A DNA stretch of 64,000 bases, taken from the NCBI GenBank assembly GCA_965215605.1, contig OZ244070.1, positions 1,376,001 to 1,440,000 on the forward strand. Reading direction: 5' to 3'. Both the position numbers and the translations under genes were made by a program. The notes below the pieces were generated by a model. It saw nothing but the letters and a program-made list of their open reading frames with translations. It had not been told where the DNA came from and did no database searches. The stretch is from an uncultured Candidatus Binatia bacterium. GTDB lineage: Bacteria > Desulfobacterota > Binatia > UBA9968 > JAJDTQ01. Shown here in pieces: positions 1 to 9,419 of this stretch. Position 1 is the first letter of the stretch. Each line of letters starts with the position of its first letter.

Positions 1-167
1 TTGGCCGCGTGAAACTCGGCGTTCTCCGACAGATCGCCGTGGGCCCGGGCTTCCTCGATGTCCCGGACATTCCTGGGCCGCTCAACGGATTTAAGGCGCT
101 GAAGATCTGCCAGCAATTGTTGATGCCCCTGCGCCGTCATCGGCACGGGGCCGTCGTTGTCCGCCAT
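1..167 (-). CDS. greA: transcription elongation factor GreA, N-terminal part (runs off window start)
   Basis: Not in ORF track; manual translation gives [55 protein letters not shown], containing the Gre signature [10 protein letters not shown]; GAGGTG RBS upstream. Confidence 0.95.
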   Translation of the reverse strand, partial: MADNDGPVPMTAQGHQQLLADLQRLKSVERPRNVRDIEEARAHGDLSENAEFHAA

Positions 168-239
168 CTAGCTGCACCTCTGAGAAATTTCCGGGCAAGC
201 CGAGTCGCCTCCGCCTGCCCGTGGAATTCAGCCGGGGGG

Positions 240-267
240 AGTGTAACACCGGGCCGCGGGAAATCAA
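240..267 (-). promoter_or_regulatory. putative sigma70 promoter of greA
   Basis: Minus strand TTGATT-N16-TACACT with extended -10 TGn. Confidence 0.5.
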
Positions 268-348
268 AGAACGGGTTGGGGGGAAACCGGATTCCGGAGG
301 TCAGGATTGGGAGTCAGTGGCGTGAAAACGGATAACGGGTTCGGCGGT

Positions 349-1350
349 TCAGGATTCCCGCGGGGGGTTGGGCCAGGCGCGTTTGCCGGCGCCGAAGACG
401 TGGCAGGCGGTGCCGTGGCCGCCGAGGGCGAATTCCAGCTCGGGCTCCACCTCGACGCATTTCTGCTCGCGGAAGGGGCACCTGGGGTGGAAGTTGCAGC
501 CGGACGGGGGGTTGACGGGGCTCGGCACGTCGCCCTCCAGCACCATGCGGTCCTTCTTGGGATTGGGGTCGGGCATGGGCACGGCCGACAGCAGGGCGCG
601 GGTATAGGGGTGCCGGGCGTCGGTGTAGATGGCATTGCTGGGCGCGATCTCGACGATCTTGCCGAGATACATGATCGCCACCCGGTGGCTTACATGCTTC
701 ACCACCCGGAGGTCGTGGGAGATGAAGAAGAACGTGAGGCTCATGCTCTCCTGCAGCTCCTGCAGCAGATTGATGATCTGGGCCTGGATGGACACGTCCA
801 GGGACGATACCGGCTCGTCCGCGACGATGAACTTCGGCGACACGGCCAGGGCCCGGGCGATGCCGATGCGCTGGCGCTGGCCGCCGCTGAACTCGTGCGG
901 GTAGCGGTCGTAGTGCTCATCCCGGAGGCCCACCTTCTGGAGCAGCGACATGACCCGATCCCTGCGGTCGCTGCCCGAGGCCATGCGATGGATCTTGAGG
1001 CCCTCGCCGATGATGTCGCCGACTCTCATGCGCGGATTCAGCGAGGCGTACGGATCCTGGAAAATGATCTGCATGCGCCGGCGCAGGTCCCGCATCTCGG
1101 CGCCGGACACCCTCATGATGTCCCTGTCCTCGAACAGGATCTCGCCGGCCGTGGGCTCGATCAGGCGCAGGATGGTCCGGCCCAGCGTCGACTTGCCGCA
1201 CCCGGACTCGCCCACCACGCCGAGGGTCTCCCCATCCTCCACCGTCAGGCTGACGCCGTCCACCGCCTTGACGTCGCCCTTGCGCCGGGCAAGCAGCCCT
1301 TCCTCCACGGGGAAGTATGTCTTGAGGTTCCTGACTTCCAGCAAGCTCAT
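349..1350 (-). CDS. oligopeptide/dipeptide ABC transporter ATP-binding protein (OppF/DppF-like)
   Basis: Walker [20 protein letters not shown] Walker B, C-terminal GCNFHPRC oligo_HPY domain; start set at MSLLEVRNL. Confidence 0.93.
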   Translation of the reverse strand: MSLLEVRNLKTYFPVEEGLLARRKGDVKAVDGVSLTVEDGETLGVVGESGCGKSTLGRTILRLIEPTAGEILFEDRDIMRVSGAEMRDLRRRMQIIFQDPYASLNPRMRVGDIIGEGLKIHRMASGSDRRDRVMSLLQKVGLRDEHYDRYPHEFSGGQRQRIGIARALAVSPKFIVADEPVSSLDVSIQAQIINLLQELQESMSLTFFFISHDLRVVKHVSHRVAIMYLGKIVEIAPSNAIYTDARHPYTRALLSAVPMPDPNPKKDRMVLEGDVPSPVNPPSGCNFHPRCPFREQKCVEVEPELEFALGGHGTACHVFGAGKRAWPNPPRES

Positions 1351-1384
1351 GGGATAGGGTGTCCTGTCGTTCGGCGCGCCGCCT

Positions 1385-2347
<963 letters not shown>

Positions 2348-2575
2348 GCGCCGCGGACACTCCCTGCGAACCGGCCCTACCGCACCCGCGCAATGTACCA
2401 AAAAACGGCGGAGGTGCAAACGAGGTTCGTATTGCCTTTTGCTCGATAACAAGCCCGCTTGGCAAGGCTCCACGGAGAGCTTCAAGCGAGGTGTCGTCCG
2501 TGACCCCGTTTCCTTGATAGACAGGCTGAATCCTGTTAGACGCCAACGAGACAGGGGCTTACGCTCCCGGCCGTC

Positions 2576-2878
2576 ATGGAAGCGCCTGACCACAGCCACA
2601 CCGGCGACACGGACGCGCTCATCGAGCAGCTCGCCTTGGCGGTGCATGCCCGCCGCATGACCGTGCCGGCGATCCTCTTCCTGGAAGCCCACAAGCCGCT
2701 GACGTCGCTGTTCCATGCCGCGGCGGTCATGAGCCTGCCGATGCTGCTGCCGCTGTTCGGCGCCCGGGCGCGGGAGTTGCCGGCGTTTCTGCAGTCCCGC
2801 GGCAACGTCGAACGATTGATCCGCCGCATCGAGGCGCTGCAGGACACGGCAGCGGCGGCGAAAGGCGGCGCCGGCTGA
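2576..2878 (+). CDS. small hypothetical protein with central hydrophobic helix, first gene of the DUF6754/GlmL-like operon
   Basis: GC-rich coding bias; [12 protein letters not shown] segment; TGATG overlap with next gene. Confidence 0.75.
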   Translation: MEAPDHSHTGDTDALIEQLALAVHARRMTVPAILFLEAHKPLTSLFHAAAVMSLPMLLPLFGARARELPAFLQSRGNVERLIRRIEALQDTAAAAKGGAG

Positions 2879-3687
2879 TGGCGGGCTTCGAGAACGCCAC
2901 TCCCGCGGTGCTGGCGATCATGGCGCTCATGATCGGGCCGGTGCTCTGTTACATTCGCGTGGCGCGGCGCCGTCACGACCTGTACGTGCGACGCCTGACC
3001 GGGGTGGACGCCATCGACGAAGCCGCCGGCCGGTCGGCGGAGCTGGGCCGGCCCCTCTCCTTCTGTACCGGCATCACCAATGTCAGCCCGGTGCTGTACG
3101 CCTGCCTCGGGGTCCTCTACTACGTGGGACGCAAGGCCGCGCAGTACCGCTCGCGCCTGCTGCTGCCCCAGAACACTCCCGAGGTGATGGCCATCGCCGA
3201 GGACGTGCTCCGGGAAGCCTACCGCGCCGAGGGCCGTTCGGCCCAGTTCGACCCGCGCAACATCGTCTTTCTCTCCGAGGAGCAGTTCGCCTTCGCCGCC
3301 GGCTACATCGGGCTGGTGCAGCGGGAGCGCGTGGCCGGCGCCTTCCTCTTCGGCCACTTCGCCGCCGAATCGCTGATCCTGGCGGAGGCCGGACAGCAGG
3401 TGGGGGCCATGCAGGTGGGCGCCTCGGTGAGTCCCGAGCAGGTGGCGTTCTTCATCGCCGCCTGCGACTACACCCTCATCGGCGAGGAGCTGTTCGCCGC
3501 CTCCGCCTATCTCACCCGTGAGCCGGTCCAGCTCGGCAGCCTCTACGGGCAGGACCGGGCCAAGCTCTTCCTCTTCCTCATGATCGTGGCGGGCGTGGGC
3601 ATCGCCACCCTGAACTCCGTATGGCCCGATCTCGGCCTCACCAACCTGGACACGCTCATGCATCTCGGCTGGGGTTTCGGGTCATGA
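2878..3687 (+). CDS. DUF6754-like membrane-anchored protein
   Basis: N- and C-terminal TM helices around an alpha/beta domain; motifs [22 protein letters not shown] and [17 protein letters not shown] recalled from this family. Confidence 0.75.
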   Translation: MAGFENATPAVLAIMALMIGPVLCYIRVARRRHDLYVRRLTGVDAIDEAAGRSAELGRPLSFCTGITNVSPVLYACLGVLYYVGRKAAQYRSRLLLPQNTPEVMAIAEDVLREAYRAEGRSAQFDPRNIVFLSEEQFAFAAGYIGLVQRERVAGAFLFGHFAAESLILAEAGQQVGAMQVGASVSPEQVAFFIAACDYTLIGEELFAASAYLTREPVQLGSLYGQDRAKLFLFLMIVAGVGIATLNSVWPDLGLTNLDTLMHLGWGFGS

Positions 3688-4733
3688 GCTTGCGGGCGCG
3701 TCTCATCAAGCTCGCCACCTTCCTGGGCGGCATCTATTTCTTCCTGGAGTTCGTTCTGCCGGGCACGGTGTTCGGGGTGAAAATCGACGCCTACCACGAC
3801 CAGATCTCCAACGGCTTCATCACGGTGGCGGCCATGGCCGCGGGGCTCGGGCTCATCAACCTGCTCATGCAGCACGGCTCGAGGATCGTCTTCCGGCGCC
3901 GGGGGTGGCTCTACAGCCTGACGTTGCTTGGCGGCCTCGCCATCATGATCGCGGTGACCCTCCAGGACTGGCGCGGCACCGGCCGGGTGGCAGAAGAGGT
4001 GGCGGGCATCTCCCGGCTGGCGGATTTCGCGGAGCGCATCAAGTCGGATCACGAGGCAACGGCGCGAGGGGTCCTGCCCGCGGCCGAGCGCAACCGCAGC
4101 CTCCGGCAGGCGGCGGACAAGCTGCTGGCGCGCATCGAGGACGAGAGCCGCGCCCTCGACCTCGACCGGTTGGGGCTCGGCAGCGCCGATCACGCGCTCG
4201 CGCGGCGCTACGTGGCGGAGGCTGGGGAAGGCGCCGCGGCGGCGCGCGCCGCGGCGGCGGGGCTGACGGTGACCGACGGCGAGGCGGCGGACCTGGCCGC
4301 CAACCTGGCGGTGGCGCGCGCCCTGCGGGGCCTTGCCGAACCCTGGCGCAACCTGCGCAGCCTCGAGTACGAGCACTCCAACCCGAAGCACGTCTACCGG
4401 CTGCTGTTCGAGGGCCTGTTCGTGGCACTGGGTTCGGCCATGTTCTCGCTGTTGGGGTTCTACATCGCGGCCGCGGCCTACCGCGCCTTCCGGGTGCGTT
4501 CCGCCGAGTCGTCGCTGATGATGATCGCCGCCGTGCTGGTCATGCTCGGGCAGATCCCCTTCGGCGTATGGATCTGGTCCGGGCTGCCGGACGTGAGGCT
4601 GTGGCTCCTGGAGGTGCCCAACTCGGCGGCGTTCCGGGCCATCACCATCGGCGCCGGGGTGGCGGGGCTGGTGATGGCGTTCCGCATGTGGTTCTCCATC
4701 GAATCGGAGTCCTTCGACCGGGAGGAGCCCTGA
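3684..4733 (+). CDS. multi-pass membrane protein with large Ala-rich helical insertion
   Basis: ATGA overlap with upstream stop; about 3 N-terminal and 3 C-terminal TM segments; YIAAAAYRAFRVRS motif. Confidence 0.8.
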   Translation: MSLRARLIKLATFLGGIYFFLEFVLPGTVFGVKIDAYHDQISNGFITVAAMAAGLGLINLLMQHGSRIVFRRRGWLYSLTLLGGLAIMIAVTLQDWRGTGRVAEEVAGISRLADFAERIKSDHEATARGVLPAAERNRSLRQAADKLLARIEDESRALDLDRLGLGSADHALARRYVAEAGEGAAAARAAAAGLTVTDGEAADLAANLAVARALRGLAEPWRNLRSLEYEHSNPKHVYRLLFEGLFVALGSAMFSLLGFYIAAAAYRAFRVRSAESSLMMIAAVLVMLGQIPFGVWIWSGLPDVRLWLLEVPNSAAFRAITIGAGVAGLVMAFRMWFSIESESFDREEP

Positions 4734-4734
4734 C

Positions 4735-5640
4735 GTGGACCTCGCCCGGCTCGACCGCCGCTGGATCTACCTGCTGGTTTTTCTGGCCTTGAGCGTGCCC
4801 ATCGTCACCCAATACACGGTGGAGCCGGCGCGCATGAGCGGCGCGGATCGATTCTTCGAGGTGGTGGACGGCATCGAGGCCGCGCCCGGCCGCTACGCCT
4901 TCGTGGCCATGGACTTCGGCCCCAGCACCAAGGGCGAGAACCAGCCCCAGGCGCGGGCGGTGGTGGAGCATCTGATGCGCAGGCGCATCCCGGTGATCCT
5001 GTTCTCGCTCTATTTCCTCGCCGAGCCGTTCCTCAAATCCATCCCCGAAGAAGTGGCCCGGCAACTCGAGCGCGAGCACCCCGGCGAGACCTGGGAATAC
5101 GGCCGCGACTGGATCAACCTGGGCTACCGGCCGGGGGCGGGCGTCCTCATCCAGGCGATCCCCAAGTCGGAGAACCTCGCCGAGCTGTTCGAGAAGGACA
5201 CCCGCGGCAACCGCATCTCCGAGCTGCCCGCCTTCAGCGGACTGCGCACGTTGCGCCAGATCGCCTTCCTGGCCGAGTTCACCGGCCTGGTGGGTGTCTT
5301 CGACAACTACGTCCAGTACTTCACCAGCAAGGACTACACGCCCGCGTTCGGCCACGGCTGCACCTCCATCACCATCCCGGAAGCGTTCATCTACCTCGAC
5401 TCGGGGCAGATCCAGGGACTGCTGGGGGGCCTGGCGGGGGCGGCGTGGTACTCGGAGCTGCTGCGCCAGCGCTACCCCCGGCGTCCGGTGGACGAGTCGC
5501 TGATGCTCAACACCGGCCTCGGCGTCGCCCAGCTCGTGGTCATCGCCTTCATCGTGCTGGGCAACCTGGCCGGGCTGCTGCGCCCTTCGGCGCCGCGGCG
5601 TGGACGGGAGAAGGGGCCCGGACAGGACACGGAACCATGA
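4735..5640 (+). CDS. membrane-anchored hypothetical protein (N- and C-terminal TM, soluble core)
   Basis: GTG start with GGAGGAG upstream; DRRWIYLL N-terminus; YLDSGQIQGLLGGLAGAAWY. Confidence 0.8.
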   Translation: MDLARLDRRWIYLLVFLALSVPIVTQYTVEPARMSGADRFFEVVDGIEAAPGRYAFVAMDFGPSTKGENQPQARAVVEHLMRRRIPVILFSLYFLAEPFLKSIPEEVARQLEREHPGETWEYGRDWINLGYRPGAGVLIQAIPKSENLAELFEKDTRGNRISELPAFSGLRTLRQIAFLAEFTGLVGVFDNYVQYFTSKDYTPAFGHGCTSITIPEAFIYLDSGQIQGLLGGLAGAAWYSELLRQRYPRRPVDESLMLNTGLGVAQLVVIAFIVLGNLAGLLRPSAPRRGREKGPGQDTEP

Positions 5641-6347
5641 CGGCCCTGGACACCTGGCATACGGCCACGGTCCTGGTGGGGGGCATCGGGACGCTGGCGA
5701 TCTTCAGCTTCCTGATCAAGGAGAACCCGTTCTTCCGGCTGTTCGAGCACCTGTTCATCGGCATCGCCGCCGGCTTCGGCATGGTCTTCGGCGTCAAGAA
5801 CTTCCTGTGGCCGAAGGTTCTGGTGCCGATGCTCGGCCTGGACATCGTCACCTATCCCGACGGCAGCCTCTCCCACGAGTACGACCCCCGGCTGCTGCTC
5901 TACCTCGCGCCCATGGTCTTCGGCCTCTTCTACTACTTCCTGTACTCACGGCGGTACGCGTGGCTCGCCAAGCTGGTCATCGGCTTCTCCCTGGGGATGA
6001 GCGGCGGGCTCGCCTTCAAGGGATTCTTCAACCAGATCATGCCCCAGGTGGCGAGCAGCTTCCGGCCCCTGGCGGTGTTCGAGGACGGCGCCCTGAATCT
6101 GGCCGGCAGCTTGGAGAACGCGTTCTTCATCTTCACGCTGCTGGCCGTCATGTACTACTTCTTCTTCTCGTTCCGGCACGAGAACCGGGCGGCCAACGGC
6201 CTCTCGCTCTCCGGCCGGTGGCTCCTGATGGTGTGCTTCGGGGCCTTCTTCGGCTCCACGGTCATGGCGCGCACCGCGCTGCTGGTGGAGCGGGTGCAGT
6301 TCCTGCTGATCGACTGGTACGGCGCGCTGGCGGGGCTGGTGACGTGA
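5637..6347 (+). CDS. integral membrane protein (about 6 TM)
   Basis: ATGA overlap; KENPFFRLFEHLFIG and FGAFFGSTVMAR motifs; highly hydrophobic. Confidence 0.8.
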   Translation: MTALDTWHTATVLVGGIGTLAIFSFLIKENPFFRLFEHLFIGIAAGFGMVFGVKNFLWPKVLVPMLGLDIVTYPDGSLSHEYDPRLLLYLAPMVFGLFYYFLYSRRYAWLAKLVIGFSLGMSGGLAFKGFFNQIMPQVASSFRPLAVFEDGALNLAGSLENAFFIFTLLAVMYYFFFSFRHENRAANGLSLSGRWLLMVCFGAFFGSTVMARTALLVERVQFLLIDWYGALAGLVT

Positions 6348-8182
6348 AAACCGACCCGGACACGCTCCGCACCGTGCTGGTCACCGACTGCGGCTCCACC
6401 ACCACCAAGGCGCTGCTGTTCGAGAAGACCCCCGAGGGGTGGCGCCAGACCCGCCGCGGGGAGGCGCCCACCACCGTGGAGCAGCCGGTGGCCGACGTGA
6501 CCGTGGGAGCGCTGAACGCTTTCGCCGAGGTGGAAGAGATCAGCGGCCGGCAGATCCTGGCGGCGGACGCGGCGGCGGGACGCGGCGCGCCGTTCGTCGA
6601 GTCGGGCGAGGACCCCGCCCACGGCATCGACCTCTACCTCTCCACCAGCTCCGCCGGCGGCGGGTTGCAGATGACCGTGGCCGGGGTGGCGCGGCAGATG
6701 AGCGCGGAGTCGGCGGAACGCGCGGCCTTGAGCGCCGGCGCCATCGTCATGGACGCCATCTCCGCCGACGACGGGCGCGAGGACCACGAGCGCATTCAGC
6801 GGCTGCGCCACCTGAGGCCGGACATCGTGCTGCTCACCGGCGGCGTCGACGGCGGCTCCCAGGAGCACGTGGTGGAAATGGCGGAGACCCTGGTGGCGGC
6901 GGCGCCCCGGCCCCGGTTCGGCGACTCGCTGCGGCTGCCGGTGATCTACGCGGGCAACAGCCACGCCGTGGACGACGTCCGGGGCATCCTCGAGAAGACC
7001 GCCCAGGTGGCGGTGGTGGACAACGTGCGCCCGACCCTGGAGGCCGAGAACCTCGGCCCGGCCCGGGAGGCCATCCACGAGTTCTTCCTCACCCACGTCA
7101 TGAGCCACTCGCCCGGCTACGACAAGCTGCTGCGGTGGACCCCGACGCCGGTGATGCCCACGCCGGCGGCGGTGGGGGACATGGTGCGCGGCTACGCCGA
7201 GAGCACCGGCCGGGCGCTCTTGTGCGTGGATATCGGCGGCGCCACCACCGACGTCTTCAGCGTCTTCGAGAACCGGGACGGCGAGCGAGTGTTCAACCGC
7301 ACGGTGAGCGCCAACCTGGGCATGAGCTACTCCGTGGCCAACGTGCTGATCGAGGCCGGCGCCGAATCCATCGGCCGCTGGCTGCCCTACCCACTGGAGG
7401 CCGCCGAGATCCGGGACCGGCTGCGCAACAAGATGATCCGCCCCACCTCCATCCCCCAGACCCTGGAGGACCTGTGGCTGGAGCAGGCGGTGTGCCGCGA
7501 GGCCCTGCGGCTGGCGCTGGTGCATCACCGCTCGCTTGCGGTGGGGCTCAGCGGCGTGCAGCAGCAGCGCGGCATCGCCGACATCTTCTCGCAGACCGCC
7601 GGCCGCTCGGACCTGGTGGACATGATGGGCCTCGACCTGGTCATCGGCTCCGGCGGCGTGCTCAGCCACGCCCCGGACCGCATGGCGGCCGCGCTCATGA
7701 TCCTGGAGGGGTTCGAGCTCCAGGGCTTCACCCAGATCGCGGTGGACTCCATCTTCATGATGCCCCACCTGGGGGTCTTCGCCTCCGTCCATCCCGAGGC
7801 CGCCCGGGAGATCTTCCTGCACGACTGCCTGGTGAACGTGGCCCACGCCGTCGTGCCGGTCTTCTCCCGCAAGCGGAGGCCGGGGTCGGTGCTGGCCGAG
7901 GTGTCGGTGGACGGCGCCCGGCCCGGCGCCATCACCGCCGGCGGCGTCGGCCACGTCCCGCTCGATGCCGGCGCCGCGGCGCGGATCATCATCGAGCCCG
8001 CGGGCCGGGACGTCGACGTGGGCGCCGGGCCGGGGACGGCCCTGCTGCGGGAGTTCACCACCGGACTCTGCGGCCTGATCCTCGACGGCCGCAACCGCCC
8101 GCTGCGAACCCCGGCGTCCCCGGACCAGCAGGTCGCGGAACGGCAGGCCGTCATGGAGGAATTGGGGCTCACCGGATCATGA
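6344..8182 (+). CDS. glutamate mutase L (GlmL/MutL)-like ASKHA-fold ATPase, 612 aa
   Basis: GTGA overlap; phosphate-1 TDCGSTTTK, SSAGGGL, LTGGVDGG, MPTP, phosphate-2 VDIGGATTDVFS, GSGGVL. Confidence 0.85.
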   Translation: MKTDPDTLRTVLVTDCGSTTTKALLFEKTPEGWRQTRRGEAPTTVEQPVADVTVGALNAFAEVEEISGRQILAADAAAGRGAPFVESGEDPAHGIDLYLSTSSAGGGLQMTVAGVARQMSAESAERAALSAGAIVMDAISADDGREDHERIQRLRHLRPDIVLLTGGVDGGSQEHVVEMAETLVAAAPRPRFGDSLRLPVIYAGNSHAVDDVRGILEKTAQVAVVDNVRPTLEAENLGPAREAIHEFFLTHVMSHSPGYDKLLRWTPTPVMPTPAAVGDMVRGYAESTGRALLCVDIGGATTDVFSVFENRDGERVFNRTVSANLGMSYSVANVLIEAGAESIGRWLPYPLEAAEIRDRLRNKMIRPTSIPQTLEDLWLEQAVCREALRLALVHHRSLAVGLSGVQQQRGIADIFSQTAGRSDLVDMMGLDLVIGSGGVLSHAPDRMAAALMILEGFELQGFTQIAVDSIFMMPHLGVFASVHPEAAREIFLHDCLVNVAHAVVPVFSRKRRPGSVLAEVSVDGARPGAITAGGVGHVPLDAGAAARIIIEPAGRDVDVGAGPGTALLREFTTGLCGLILDGRNRPLRTPASPDQQVAERQAVMEELGLTGS

Positions 8183-9294
8183 CCCAGGCGCTCACACCCG
8201 GACTTCAGGTGCTGGCCGGCACGGTGGTGCGGAAGACCCGCGAGTTGCCGGTGCCAGGGGAGACCCTGTGCCGGCTTGGCGACACCGTGACGCCGTACGC
8301 CGTGGTGGCCCGGGCCGAGCTGCCCGGCGAGATCACCATCCTGCGCATACCCGAGAGCCTCGGCATCGAGCCCCTCGAGGCGCTCAATGGGCTCAAGGTG
8401 GACGAAGGCGACGCGGTCGCCGAGGGCGATCTCGTGTGCGAGCACGTGGGACTGTTCGGGCTCTTCCGGTCACGCCTCCACGCGTCCGTGGACGGCACCG
8501 TCGAGTTCGTCGCCCGGCGCACCGGCCACCTGGGGCTTCGGCTGGCGCCCCACGCCATCGAGCTGCGCGCCTACGTGCCCGGCAAGGTGGTGGGGATCGA
8601 CCCCGGCAAGTCCGTCACCATCGAGAGCCGCGGCGCGTTCATCCAGGGCATCTTCGGCGTCGGCGGCGAACGCTACGGCACCATCCGCATGCTGGACGGC
8701 GGCCCCCGGACGGTGGTGGGCAGGAAAAGGATACCCGACGACGCGGCCGGACAGGTGCTGGTGGGAGGCACCCGCCCGACCCTCGAGGCCATCCAGCGGG
8801 CCGCGGAAGTGGGCGCCGCCGGCATGGTGGTGGGATCCATCGACGACCAGACCCTCACCGCCTACCTCGGATACGAGCTCGGCATGGCGGTGACCGGCCA
8901 CGAGGACGTCCCCCTCACCGTCATCGTCACCGAAGGCTTCGGCTGGCTGCCCCTGGCCGAGCGCACCCACTCCCTGCTCCAGAGCCTCGACGGCCGCGCC
9001 GCCTCCGTCAACGGCGCCACCCAGGTGCGGGCCGGCGCGGTGCGCCCGGAAATCATCGTCGCCCGTGACGATGTCGAGCCCGGCGGCGGGGAAGAGGACG
9101 CGGAAACCGGCCTGCGAATCGGCGCCCCCATCCGCATCATCCGGGTCCCCCACTTCGGCGTCACCGCGGAGGTGGCCGCCCTGCCCCCCGAACCCCAGCC
9201 CATCGAAACCGGCGCCCGCACCCGCGTCCTGGAAGCCCGGCTGCCCGACGGCAAGGTCGTCACCGTGCCGCGGGCCAACGTGGAACTGCTCTGA
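8179..9294 (+). CDS. hypothetical protein with barrel-sandwich-hybrid-like repeats and a KOW/SH3-like C-terminus
   Basis: ATGA overlap; VDEGDAVAEGD...ASVDGTV and AYVPGKV hybrid-like motifs; QGIFGVGGE; C-terminal IGAPIRIIR...VTVPRANVELL. Confidence 0.8.
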   Translation: MTQALTPGLQVLAGTVVRKTRELPVPGETLCRLGDTVTPYAVVARAELPGEITILRIPESLGIEPLEALNGLKVDEGDAVAEGDLVCEHVGLFGLFRSRLHASVDGTVEFVARRTGHLGLRLAPHAIELRAYVPGKVVGIDPGKSVTIESRGAFIQGIFGVGGERYGTIRMLDGGPRTVVGRKRIPDDAAGQVLVGGTRPTLEAIQRAAEVGAAGMVVGSIDDQTLTAYLGYELGMAVTGHEDVPLTVIVTEGFGWLPLAERTHSLLQSLDGRAASVNGATQVRAGAVRPEIIVARDDVEPGGGEEDAETGLRIGAPIRIIRVPHFGVTAEVAALPPEPQPIETGARTRVLEARLPDGKVVTVPRANVELL

Positions 9295-9331
9295 CCGCGC
9301 GGTGTCCTGTTACGGTGGCGGGCTGCCGTTG

Positions 9332-9360
9332 TTGCAATGGGGTGCCCCGGCAATCATACT
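9332..9360 (+). promoter_or_regulatory. putative sigma70 promoter of the yej-like operon
   Basis: TTGCAA-N17-CATACT about 60 bp upstream of the GGAGG-preceded ATG at 9420. Confidence 0.5.
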
Positions 9361-9419
9361 TGTTCCATGCGATGTCTCGGGCGCGGCGGTGGTTTTTGGC
9401 CTCGGCGAGGGGAGGTTCC

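Noticed and set aside
6439-8178. 951-aa ORF implying a long N-terminal extension of the last operon gene
   Set aside because: Arg/Gly/Pro-rich off-frame shadow of the GlmL-like gene; the real start is the ATGA overlap at 8179
6344-8182. Calling a glutamate mutase pathway or DNA mismatch-repair MutL
   Set aside because: No glmS/glmE nearby, and the motifs are ASKHA, not the GHKL motifs of repair MutL
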